A stretch of DNA of 64,000 nt from Octopus sinensis (taxonomy: Eukaryota): the NCBI RefSeq assembly GCF_006345805.1, contig NC_042999.1, forward strand, positions 44,144,001 through 44,208,000, in the 5' to 3' direction. Made by a program: the position numbers and the translations under genes. Below the pieces are notes generated by a model. The model ran no database searches and was not told the DNA's origin. It saw only the letters and a program-made list of their open reading frames with translations. Below are positions 49,686 to 61,450 of the stretch, one piece after another (the stretch's first letter is position 1; every line of letters begins with the position of its first letter).

Positions 49686-52600
49686 CATCATCATCATCAT
49701 CATCGTCGTTTAACGTCCGTTCTCCATGCTAGCATGGGTTGGACGGTTCGACCGGGGATCTGAGAAGCCAGAAGGCTGCACCAGGCTCCAGTCTTATCTG
49801 GCAGTGTTTCTACAGCTGGATGCCCTTCCTAACGCCAACCACTCCGTGAGTGTAGTGGGTGCTTTTTACGTGCCACCTGCACAGGTGCCAGGCGAGGCTG
49901 GCAACGGCCACGGTCGGATTGGTGTATTTTATGTGCCACCGGCACGGAAGCCAGACGAGGCGGTGCTGGCATCGGCTACGAGTCGGATGGTGCTTTTTAC
50001 GTACCACCAGACCAGGATCCTGGCTGGTTCAATTCGATTTCGATTTCGCTTGCCCCAACATGTCTTCGCAAGCAAGGGGGGTGGCATGGGTGCCTGTTGT
50101 ACGGTCAGATTGGTGTACTTTACGTGCCACCGCCACGGAAGCCGGTGGAGGCGGCACTGGCATCGCCACGAGTCGGATAGTGCTTTTTACGTACCACCAG
50201 ACCAGGGAACCTGGCTGGTTCGATTCGATTTCGCTTGCCCCAACATGTCTTCGCAAGCAAGGGGGTTGGCACGGGTGCCTGTCGTACGGTCAGATTGGTG
50301 TATTTTACGTGCCACCGGCACAAGCCAGTGGAGGCGGCGCTGGCATCGGCCACGAGTCGGATAGTGCTTTTTACGTACCACCAGACCAGGGATCCTGGCT
50401 GGTTCAATTCGATTTTGACTTCGATTTCGATTTCGCTTGCCCCAACATGTCTTCGCAAGCAAAGGGGGGTTGGCATGGGTGCCTGTCGTCGGATGAGGTT
50501 CTATATCGACTTCGCTTGCCTCAACAGGTCTTGTGTCCAAGGAGGAAAGGCATTCATAAGTGGGCTGGGCTCACTTGTCCTGCCTGGTCTTCTCACGTAC
50601 AGAATATTTCCAAAGGTCTCGGTCGCTGGTCATTTCCTCAGTGAGGCCTAAAGTTCGAAGGTCGTGCTTCACCACCTCGTCCCAGGTTTTCCTGGGTCTA
50701 CCTCTTCCACGGGTTCCCTCAACTGCTAAGGATTGGCACTTTCTCACACACCTATCTTCATCCATTCTCGCCACATGACCATACCAGCGCAATCGTCTCT
50801 CTTGCACGCCACAACTGATGCCTCTTAGGTACAACATTTCTCTCAAGGTGCTAACGCTCTGTCGAGTATGTACACTGACATTACACATCCATCGGAGCAT
50901 ACTGGCTTCATTCCTCATGAGCTTACGCATATCCTCGGCAGTCACGGCCCATGTTTCACTGCCATGTAGCATGGCTGTTCGTACACACGCATCATACAGT
51001 CTGCCTTTTACTCTGAGCGAGAGGCCTTTAGTCACCAGCAGAGGTAAGAGCTCCCTAAACTTTGCCCAGGCTATTCTTATTCTAGCAGTTACACTTTCAG
51101 CGCACCCACCCCCACTACTGACTTGGTCACCTAGATAACGGAACGCTATCAACTACTTCTAGTTTTTCCCCTTGGAAAGTGACTGAAGTTATTTTCTGCA
51201 GATTTTCGGAGGTTAATGCTCCTGAGCATCTGCCACATACAAAAACTATCTTCCCAGTTAGCCTACCTTTGACATTGCTGCACCTCTTATGTGTCCATAG
51301 CTTACACTGGGTACATCTTATAGAGTTTCTACCTACTACACCTTTTCTACAGATCGAGCAGGGCCATCTTCCTGAAGACATTTGTGGATTGTCTACCTTC
51401 CTACTTATTAGTACTTTGGTTTTAGCTAGGTTGACTCTAAGGCCCTCGATTCTAAACCCTCCTTCCACACCTGGAACTTCTCCTCCAGCTCTGATAGTGA
51501 CTCAGCAATAAGAGCAAGGTCGTCAGCATAGAGGAGCTCCCAGGGACAACCTGTCTTGAATTCCTCCGTAATTGCCTGTAGGACTATGATAAATAGGAGG
51601 GGGCTGAGTACTGAACCCTGGTGGACCCCAACCTCTACTTTGAATTCTTCTGTGTACATGTTGCTAACCCTAACCTTACTTACGGCATCTCTGTACATGG
51701 CTTGCACAGTCCTCACCAGCCATTCATCTATCCCTAGTTTCCTCATTGACCACCAGATAAGGGATCGGGGGACCCTATCAAAAGCTTTCTCCATGTCAAC
51801 AAAAGCCAGGTACAGGGGCTTATCTTTGGCTAGGTATTTCTCCTGCAGCTGCCTTACCAGGAATATAGCATCCGTGGTACTTTTCCCTTGCACGAACCCA
51901 AACTGCATCTCATCTAAACTAACTCTCTCTCTAATTAGTTGGGCTATGACCCTCTCCGTAACCTTCATTACTTGATCCAACAGCTTGATACCTCTGTAAT
52001 TATTTGTATCTAGGGCATCACCTTTACCTTTGTAGCAGTTGACTAGTATGCTGCTACACCAGTCATTGGGTATGACTCCTTCGCGTATCACCTGTTGACT
52101 ATACGGGTGACTAGGTTATAGCCGACACTGCCAGATATTTTGAGCATCTCTGCAGTAATTCCTGATGGCCTGGGGCTTTCCCTGTCTTCATGCTTCTAAT
52201 TGCCTTAGCTACCACGGAACTATCAACTCGGATAGCTGGTCCCTCTGTTGGGTCAACATTCGGCAGACTCTCTTTATCCCATTCATTTTCTTTATTCAGC
52301 AACCTTTCATAGTGGCATCTCCAAACCTCTCTCTTTGCATCCTCATTTAGCGCAAGTGAACCATCATCCATGCGAACACACTTCTCTCCTACCACATCAC
52401 GATTTTCTCTCACACACTGTCTTGCACACGAAATACCTCAAGTCTTTCATCCTCACGGCTCAGAACATTGGCAAATTTTTTCTTATCCGCTTCCCCTCTG
52501 GCTAAATAAACCTGTCTCCTAGCTTCCCTTCTGGCTGTCTGATACAATTCCCTGCTACCACCGTTCCTCCAGTCCTTCCAAGCCTGTCTCTTTTGTCTAA

Positions 52601-54401
52601 TAGCCCTGTCAACCACAGAGTTCCACCACCATGTTACTCTGGGTCGAGATGGTACTTTGCTCCATCCACAGATCTGGTCAGTGGCTGTCAGCAGATTGTC
52701 CCGTAGAAATCTCCAGTTGCCTTCCACATTAAGTGAAGCTATATCCCCTTCTATTTCGTCAAAGGCTTCGAGTAGTATGTCTCTAAATCTCTGTCCATTT
52801 GCAGGATCTTTAAGCTTCCAGACCCTTCTCCTCCAAGCAGGTCTTCTTCTGGACAACCATTTAGCTCTGATCCTTAAGTCGCTAACTACTAATCTATGTT
52901 GAGGAGTACATTCTTCGCCTGGAAAGGTTTTGGCATTTATAAGCAGCCCTCTTTCCCTTTTTCTGGCAAGGATGTAGTCAATCTGGCTGGTGTGTCTGCC
53001 AGAACAGTAGGTGACTAGGTGAGAGGTGGGTTTCCTGAAGTTGGTATTGCAGACCATAAGGTCATTTGCATCGCAGAACTCCAGCAGCCTGGTTCCCTCC
53101 TCATTTCGAGAGCCAAAACCGTAGCCTCCATGGACGCCATGGAAGCCCCGACATGCCGTCCGACATGTCCATTGAAATCACCTGCCACGAAGAGAAGGTC
53201 ACTGTCATTTGTCAACGAGGTAGTCCGCAATAGGGTGTCATAGAATTGGTCTTTTTGTCCTTCTGGTAGTCCTGGTTGAGGGGCATATGCCGAGATGATG
53301 GTAGCTGTCCTGTGGTGAAGGACTAATCTAATTTTAATTACTCTGTCACTTACTCTGACTACCTCGATTACCTTACCCACCCATTTCTCAGCAAGAAGTA
53401 TACCCACGCCCCCGACCCCGTCAGTGTTCCCTGCCCAGAAAATCTTGTACCTGTGTTCCTTGCCTGTGAGGAGCCTAGCGGAACCTCCTCTCCACCTTAC
53501 TTCCTGGATACAACATACATCCACACGTCTCCGTTCAAGCAGCTCTACAATCTCTCCAGACCTACCTTTCAATGTGTCAACATTGAGTGTGCCAACTCTG
53601 AGAGTGTGGGAGGTGTAGGCCTCTGAGACCCTGGGATGAGGGACAGTCGTGTCATGTACCTGAAAAGAAAGCTTGCAGTTGGCAGATTTCATACTGAAAC
53701 ACTAGACTTCAACCTGCATACATTTCACAATTTTTGCGCTATATGATCAAATAAACCCTACATGGGGATGGGGGTGGGGGTGGTAAGTAAGACTGGGTTA
53801 GAAACTTCCATACAGCTGCATACGTTTCACCGTTTTTGCTCCATATGATCAAAAAGAACCGACGTGGATGTATACGCGGGAGGGGGGAGTCAAGACAGCG
53901 GTAGAAACTTCCGGTTATTGGTGGAGGGGGTGGGAGGGTGGAGGGGGTGGGAGGGTGGAGGGGGGTGGGAGGGCGGACGCCTCGAAGGAGCAGCGAGAAT
54001 GAATATAAATCGTAGGGAATATTACACACCATCTAGCGAGAATGAATATAAATCGTAGTGAATATTACACACCACCTAGAAACTTTGGAAATATTAGTAG
54101 AACGTAATTTAAATGAGAGGGGGTGAGATAGTACTTGTAAGAAGTCATTTGGAATGGAATAACACGAAAGGGCCTGAAAACAGAACAGACAGGAAGCCGA
54201 GTTGGCAATGGCGATATAGATAAAGATAGTAGAGAAACGGGATTAGGTTACGATCAGCGCTTAAAAAAATATGAATGAATGACAGGTTAAAAAGTGAAGA
54301 ACGCTTATCTGGGCATATTTCTGAGATCCGTATTGTCATCAAGTAGCTCGAGAAATGGGACGAAATAAAATCGTACACTGGTTTATAAGGAGTTAGGGAT
54401 T

Positions 54402-54404
<3 letters not shown>
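49686..54404 (-). mobile_element. Near full-length RTE-clade LINE
   Basis: APE endonuclease (LRVGTLNV, VCCIQEVRW, GDFNGHVG, QIDYIL), RT (DMEKAFDRV, QGSVLSP, YADDL), (GAT)n 3' tail at 49686; sits between TA-rich tracts. The 5' boundary (53700-54404) is inferred. Confidence 0.93.
50571..53692 (-). pseudogene. RTE ORF2 (endonuclease-RT-PHD), about 1040 aa once six 1-bp frameshifts are repaired
   Basis: Track ORFs 53015-53692, 52410-53057, 52111-52413, 51426-52091, 51127-51468 and 50571-51152 tile one protein. Confidence 0.9.
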
Positions 54405-54453
<49 letters not shown>

Positions 54454-54456
<3 letters not shown>

Positions 54457-54560
54457 GATGATTCAAAAGTCACCATAAATAGGAACAATTTATTTTTTTA
54501 TAAGAAACAGTTTATAAGGACAGTTTTTTTTTTTTTACAGGCTCTATATGGTTACCATTG
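54454..54560. mobile_element. Possible Tc1/mariner-type terminus
   Basis: TA|CAGGATGATTCAAAAGTCACC; the matching other end was not found. Confidence 0.35.
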
Positions 54561-54659
54561 TTTTGAATACACATTGCAATACGTTTGGGGGAAGGGGTCA
54601 AGCATTTTATCCAGTGCAATAACAATTCTGCCAGCTCAAAAAATTAGTAATAATGGTTT

Positions 54660-54858
54660 CAAATTTTGGCACAAGGCCAGCAATTTAGGGGGAGGGGATA
54701 AATCGATTGCAATCGACCTCAGTGCTCAAAGGGTACTTGTTTTATCGACCCCGAAAGGATGAAAGGCAAAGTCGACCTCAGCAGAATTTGAACTCAGAAC
54801 GTGCAGCTGGACGAAACGTCGCTAAGCATTTTGCCTGGCGTGCTAACAGTTCTGCCAG
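54660..54858 (-). mobile_element. SINE family B
   Basis: gaccccgaaaggatgaaaggcaaagtcgacctc...gaatttgaactcagaacg. Confidence 0.85.
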
Positions 54859-55672
54859 GTCTGGGTAAGAAATGAAGATTTCGCTTATATATGAAGAGTG
54901 ACTTCCCTTGTGTTGCTAATCTGCGTGAGCGCCCATAATTGTGGGAGAGACGGTGTTTTCTCCAGTTCCTTGCCAATTTGGCCATCAATAATTGAGTTAA
55001 CTCTGAACCCAACTGTGCTGCACATGTTGTAAGTCAGCCGTTCTCATTTTACTGCTTTCCACAACTTTTTCAGATACGTGTTCAACCTTACTAATCAAAT
55101 ACCTTTAAAAGCCAAATTTTTCAAGAATATCTAATTTCGTTTTGTTAAATGCAGTAGTTGACAGCAGGAGGTGCACAAATAAAACAATACGGAAGTTTTC
55201 ATAGATAAAAAAAAAATGTTAATATTCGAAAGTCATGGAGACATAATTGCCATCGTCCTTCCCATCCGTAATCTTGTTCTTATTATTGTTACGTTAATTC
55301 CCCACTGAGGAGATATATGTAGATTAAAGAAAGCATCTTGTGCTTTTAGGACTGCTATCACATAGGGCAATTATGTCAAACGGCAAGAAATGGAACTTAT
55401 AATATTAATTACAGAAGTTACTTCCCTTGAGTTTTTCATTACAATTGAAAATTTCAATTGAGTTGATAATTTGTCTTTTCCCTTCTAACAATATAAAAGC
55501 TGGAGAAACTAGAACGAAGTACTATTTCTTATAAGTCGTTCTAGCTGGGAAGAGGATTAACTATTTGAGGTGTAATAGCAAACAAAACAAGTCAATAGAC
55601 TTCTTTGATTATGTCTATCATTCGTAAAATAGTGTGATAGATGTGTTATAATGTTATATATTTATTAGTTTA

Positions 55673-56058
55673 CTAGCAGTATTGCTCGGGTTTGTAAGGG
55701 AAATAACTATATAAAAATTTTTAGAGAGTTATAGCCAAAAAGTAGCAAAAAAATGCATTAAAAATGGAAAAAAAATGTTGGTAAATTTTTTTTAAATCGT
55801 TGACTCATCGTAGACATTTTTAGAGAGTTACTTCCCTTATATAATAGCGAAAAATGCATTAAAATGGGAAAAAATGATGGTAAATTATTTTTAAAATCGT
55901 AGACTCATCGTAGACGCGCGCTAATACCCAGAAGGGCTCGATATGAATCACGACTATAAGATACCCGGTTTTGGTTAAACTGCACCGCAAAATGTGGGAG
56001 TAGTTAGGAATCTAAATCGTAGGAGACAGACACACAACTTGACTTTTATATATAAAGA
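55673..56058 (-). mobile_element. Non-autonomous Helitron with a partly deleted 3' hairpin
   Basis: On the - strand A|TCTTTATATATAAAA...CTAG|T; only one arm (gctcggg) of the terminal hairpin remains. Confidence 0.75.
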
Positions 56059-57099
56059 TATGACCAATTTAGACCTCTTGCTTATCCTCGAGTGAAAATG
56101 TGGGTGACCAAGTATCATATAAACATTCACAAGATCAGCAGTGTATCACAGCTATGAAGCTTCCGACTTGCGACCAATCATTTAATATTTACACAATCGT
56201 AGTTCTAAATATTTACATTTGACGTATTAACATTGAGGGAAGTCTTGTTAGCTTGAAGTCACACTTTCAGTTCCTGCTTCAATGCAGGTATACTTGGAGA
56301 AAGAGATGGGCTCTGAAAAGCTGTCTAGATGGATTACACTGGGCCTTACTCAGTTACTTAGAAATTGATTGAGAAACCTCTCACTGGTTGCAATGTGCAA
56401 ATGCCTTCTTTGACTTACCGGTGGATTCGAATTGGTCTGAAGTGGTGGATCTGAATTGGTCTGAATTACTCACCTCTCCCACAAGAGGTAACAACACTTT
56501 AAATTTGCTATTTACCATTTGTAGTGGATGTGTGTGTACATAAATAAATACATAAACTGTTTCATGATTAAAAAGAGATATATTTACATGGGTTATAAGT
56601 ACACTACATACAAATGTAAGCAAATGCTACGAATTGCTTGTATAGAATACATATTAAAGATGAATATGTTTGTGTGTATGGGTATGTGCGTGAATCATTC
56701 GGAACAGTAGCCAATAGATACCGTAGGCATTTCTCTGTCGTCTCCAAAACGCGGGGCGAGATAAATCTGTCTGCTGGTGTGTCAGCTACGATTGTGTTTT
56801 TTTCTCTGTTTTTCCCTGCTAACTCTTACACATTGCTTCTGGAATTGTTGTCAGCTCCACTATCAGAAAACTATTTGTCAACTCCAATCACATTATAAAC
56901 ATTTCCAGTCTGTTTTTTTTATGGGAAAAAAGAAGAGCTACTTCTGCTTTCAAACTCAAATTAGCTTTCATTTTATGATTCCAGAGATCTCACTACCTTC
57001 CTTCAGCACATCCTTAATTTAACCTATCGGAAATAAAAGTATCAGTACCTTATAAATACATTAGAAACCCCAAAAGTGCAATATGAAAGAATAAAGTAG

Positions 57100-57850
57100 G
57101 CTACTTTGCCAGGAAAGAATGATGAGATGCTGAACATAAAATTCAGATTAAGCAGATTAGAGGATATTAATAATAGAAGGTACAACAGAACATCCAACCA
57201 TGCCAAACAGGTGACTGAAAAACCCGTACTTAAATTTGAGCAATACATAGCAACCAACATGAATGGTAAAGTGTTCTGGAAACATATGCATTCAAAGTAG
57301 AGGCCTTACTCTCCACTTGGCATTCTTCACAATTACCACACGGGGAAGATTACTGATGGATACCAAAGAATACAAAGAATTTGTTGCCAAATGCAATGCT
57401 GGTATTTTTACTGTTGAAAATCCAGATGTACCAGTTTCATCTTTACTAATATAAAATTCCATAACATATGTTGAATTTTCTGTAGTGCTGCAATGTCATC
57501 ACATGCATATGTACAACCATCCCTTCTATGGTCTGAATGGTGTTACTTATCTGCTTTACGAACACAGAAGGCTCTTTCTACTGAACCAGCCTTCACTGCT
57601 TTTCCAATTTTGCCGTGATAACATTACCTAGAGAACAGTAGAAAATTATCAGTGTTATTTCCCTGTTGAAAATGTGACCACAGATCACCTGTCCAGTTAA
57701 TCTCATAAGCTTTATTTCCAAATTAATGGTGTCCCATGTCAGAGAGATGTTTTAGAATTCTCATACCTTTATTTGACCCTTATAATTTGAATTTAATCCC
57801 TAAAGTTAACTGCTGTTACCAGTTGATCAAATTTCTTGACATCACCTGCA
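57100..57850 (+). pseudogene. Highly decayed CR1-like ORF2 fragment (linker between EN and RT)
   Basis: FEQYIATNMNGKVFWKHMHSK and DTKEYKEFVAKCNAGIFTVEN resemble CR1 linker motifs; many stops and frameshifts. Confidence 0.55.
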
Positions 57851-57969
57851 TCACAGATGATAGCTCAGGACTGGGTGTTATCTATTCAATATTACAATCA
57901 GACTGAATAATTGTAAATGAAAATAAAGTAACAAAACAAAAGAATACAGAAACAAAAAATACTGAAACA

Positions 57970-58133
57970 GGCACAGGAGTGGCTGTGTGGTAAGTAGCTT
58001 GCTTACCAACCACATGGTTCTGGGTTCAGTCCCACTGCATGGCATTTTGGGCAAGTGTCTTCTACTATAGCCTTGGCCGACCAAAGCCTTGTGAGTGGAT
58101 TTGGTAGACGGTAACTGAAAGAAGCCTGTCGTA

Positions 58134-58191
<58 letters not shown>

Positions 58192-58621
58192 ATATATATG
58201 AATTTATAAATGAGGGTGAAAAATTGATATTAATTTAATAATACCATTAATTTAACACTGAGTGGCTTAGCACAAAAAACTACGGAGAAAATACAAATTT
58301 ATACATAAATTATTAGAGAGTTAACCACTATGTGGATAACTCTAGTGCTAAAAATAGCCCCGATAGTACAGCCACAGAAAAAGATGTTTCCAATCAGAAA
58401 TAACATACATTTAACGGAAGGAAAGTGAAATATAACGAATAAATAGATTGACCCTGAACAAATTGTTTCATTACTAATGTAATATGCAATTTTACTTACA
58501 TAAACATCTATAAATCATCAGCAGAGGTTTGTCTTAAATACAATCCATTAGACTGACACGAGCGTCAAAAACACCTGCAGTTTAACGAGTTATCCACATA
58601 GTGGTTAACTCTCTAATAATT

Positions 58622-58664
<43 letters not shown>

Positions 58665-58860
58665 ATGTTTCTCCCCCCTGGCATTGCTTGACAACTGATG
58701 CTGGTGTGTTTATGTCCCCGTCAATTAGCGGTTTGGCAAAAGAGACTGATAGAATAAGTACTAGGCTTACAAAGAATAAGTCCCAGGGTCGATTTGCTCG
58801 ACTAAAGGCGGTGCTCCATTATGGCCACAGTCAAACGACTGAAACAAGTAAAAGATAAAA
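57970..58860 (+). mobile_element. Family A SINE interrupted by a 420-bp insertion in its (TA)n
   Basis: Head 57970-58135, tail 58650-58860. Confidence 0.85.
58452..58526 (-). ncRNA. Candidate hammerhead ribozyme with a long stem II
   Basis: ctctg-CTGATGA-(45-nt irregular stem II)-GAAA-caatttg-TT-caggg. Confidence 0.5.
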
Positions 58861-59499
58861 AAGAGAAACAGATGAACAAAATTACATTAACCTTAACATT
58901 TCATAAGTTGTGTATTTGTAAATCTGGTTATATTCTTTGATATTCTTCAGATGGTGTAAACGGACAGAATGGATACTTTCCCACACCCAATTTTTGTCTG
59001 TATTTCTGTATTATACAATGCTTTGTTAACTTTTGATTCATCTTGTAAGATAAATTAGAAACAGTGGCTCTTGTTTTGGTATGGTGACAGCAGAGATGAC
59101 AGAAAGGAAAAAGAATGCTATGATGCTGACTAAAAGAATTTGGATATTTTATGATGCTGCTAATAATGTATAGGCAATACTGTCAGAATATGCAGAAATC
59201 TTTGTGGTCTCTTGTCAACAGCTCATAAAGAGAATGTCCTACTATACAAGCTGTAAGTAGAATGTATAGTTTTATTATTATTAAGGGTCACCCTCAACTG
59301 TTAGAAATTGTGTATACAGTGCAAACATGAATGATCATGTGATCCCTCTCTCTCTCTCTTTCACTTTCTCTCTGAAAATTCGTTTAAATGGGTGATAAGC
59401 TTATGAAGTGACATTATTACACATTTTGCAAACATTTACAGCAAATGTACTAAATTAAAGCAAGGTGAATATTTATTATTCGTCTTACTTAATATTAAT

Positions 59500-59690
59500 G
59501 CTGGTTTCAAATTTTGGCACAAGGCTAGCCATTTTGGGGATGGGGATAAGTTAACTACATTGACCCCAGTACTCAACTGGTACTTATTTTATCAACCTCA
59601 AAAGGATGAAAGGCAAACTTGACCTCAGTAGAATTTGAACTCAGAACTTAAAGATGGATGAAATGCTGCTAAGCATTTTGTCAGTGGTTC
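59500..59690 (-). mobile_element. SINE family B
   Basis: Family B motifs as above. Confidence 0.75.
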
Positions 59691-60145
59691 TCAACCATTT
59701 TAATATGAGTCAGATTCAAATCTAGATTTTTTTAGGGGCCTCATACCAAAAAAAAAAAAGCAAGAAACAAGCCAATTAAAGAAAATTCATTATATTTATT
59801 GAGGGAAGACTGTTGAAGGCTGATAGGAGGATGCTGTAGGGCCACATGTGGCCCTGGGAACTGCCATTGAGAACTACTGACTTAGATGCTCAGTAATTAA
59901 CCCTGGTTGTATCCATCTTCAAGATAAGGAGGACATATAACTACCAATAACGAAGAAAACTCTTTTTCTCCACCCATGTCGTGAGTGCCTTGAAATAGTT
60001 GAGCACTGCTCTTCTGACTAAGCCATTAAAAAATTTCCCTATCATTAAAATGTTAAAAACTAGGGATAAAATAGTGAACATCCAACTTTTCTTTTTCAAG
60101 AATCAAGTTAAACTCCCTGTGAGCTGGTTTCGATTCACATTTCCA

Positions 60146-61270
60146 TTAATCGGCCGAAAAGAGGTTGTCACAGTTCTAGGACAGCACTCTTCGCCCTATG
60201 AGATGACATCTGGTGTACCACAGGGATCTGTTCTTGGCCCCCTTTTATTTGTTGCATATGTTAATGACATAGATGCCAACTTAAAGAATGCCACAGTGCT
60301 GAAATATGCAGATGACATCAAGCTGTACCTCGAAATAAAAAGGTCAAATCCTGTACACTATAGATCCCTATTGCAAGCAGACCTGGACACAATGCAGCGG
60401 TGGATCATGGACTGGCAACTCAAGCTGGCTGTGGGCAAATGTACCACCATGCATTTTGGGAGAAACCCAGCATCCACCAACTCCCTCCACAACACTAGTC
60501 TCAAAAAGTCTTCATGTGAACGTGACCTGGATGTTATTGTTGGTAGTGATTTGTGTTGGACAAAACACATCGCTAAAATTGTCAAGAAGGCTGAGGGTGT
60601 CTTGGCATCACTCACCAAATCCTTTGTGAGCCGCTCTCCGGCTATCTATCTGCGGCTTTATATAGCTATGGTAAGACCTCACCTGGAATTTGCATCACCG
60701 GTCTGGAACCCCTATCTTGCCCAGGATATCAATCGTTTGGAAGCCGTTCAGCGACGTGCAACCAAAAGAATACCCTCCGTCAGGCATTTGCCATATCCTG
60801 AACGCCTTACTTCCTTGGGCATGGACACATTGAAACTCCGACGTCTGGCAGCTGACTTGGCAGACACCCATAAAAATATTAACCATCTTACAAACAATAA
60901 CTCTGAGCACCTTTTCAAACTCCACCCATCTAACACCCGTGGACATATTTACAAAGTCAGAAAACAGCACAGCTCCCATGACTTCAGGAAACATTTTTTC
61001 ACGCTGAGAGTTGCTGAAGCGTGGAACAAACTGTCGGCATCAGTTGATAGTTGTCGGAGCACTGCATCCTTCAAAACTTCCATGCTTTCTGAGATTCGCC
61101 AACACTACACCTGATTTTCTCCCCTCCATACACACACAAGCATGTATCTGACTCATACATTGTTCGCTTTCCAGACATTTTTACATTACTGCATATACTT
61201 TATATGCACTTTCTGACAAGTTGTGGTGCACCTGAGCACTGTATACAATAATTTCATTATTATTATTATT
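60146..61270 (+). mobile_element. 5'-truncated young CR1-clade LINE (RT C-terminal half, open to the stop at 61114)
   Basis: GVPQGSVLGPLLF, KYADDIKLY, YIAMVRPHLEFASPVWNP, FFTLRVAEAWNKL; (ATT)n tail ending near 61270. The N-terminal ~49 aa of track ORF 59999 is flanking DNA. Confidence 0.92.
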
Positions 61271-61450
61271 CTTGAAAAAGTCATGCAGGTTTGCACCATC
61301 TCATTTCTTCAACCATTAGAGATTCAAGGAAAATACTTAATGTATTTAATTGTGACACACTTTATATTCTGTGTTCAAATCAAGCAGAGACCAGTGTTAT
61401 CTTCTGTCTTTCGGGGGTCGACGAAATAAGTACCAGCCAAGTACTAGATT

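Noticed and set aside
49726-50651. Several long overlapping ORFs (up to 261 aa)
   Set aside because: GC-rich tandem repeats of the RTE 3' UTR read antisense or off-frame; no protein motif.
55029-55073. 45-nt GTAAGT...TTTTCAG mini-intron (similar 49-nt case at 62890-62938)
   Set aside because: The flanking frames give no credible protein; probably chance, or non-coding exons I cannot verify.
5273-59000. The many 60-130 aa track ORFs rich in HTHT, YIYI or CVCV
   Set aside because: Translations of (CA)n, (TA)n and (TG)n microsatellites and of SINE bodies.
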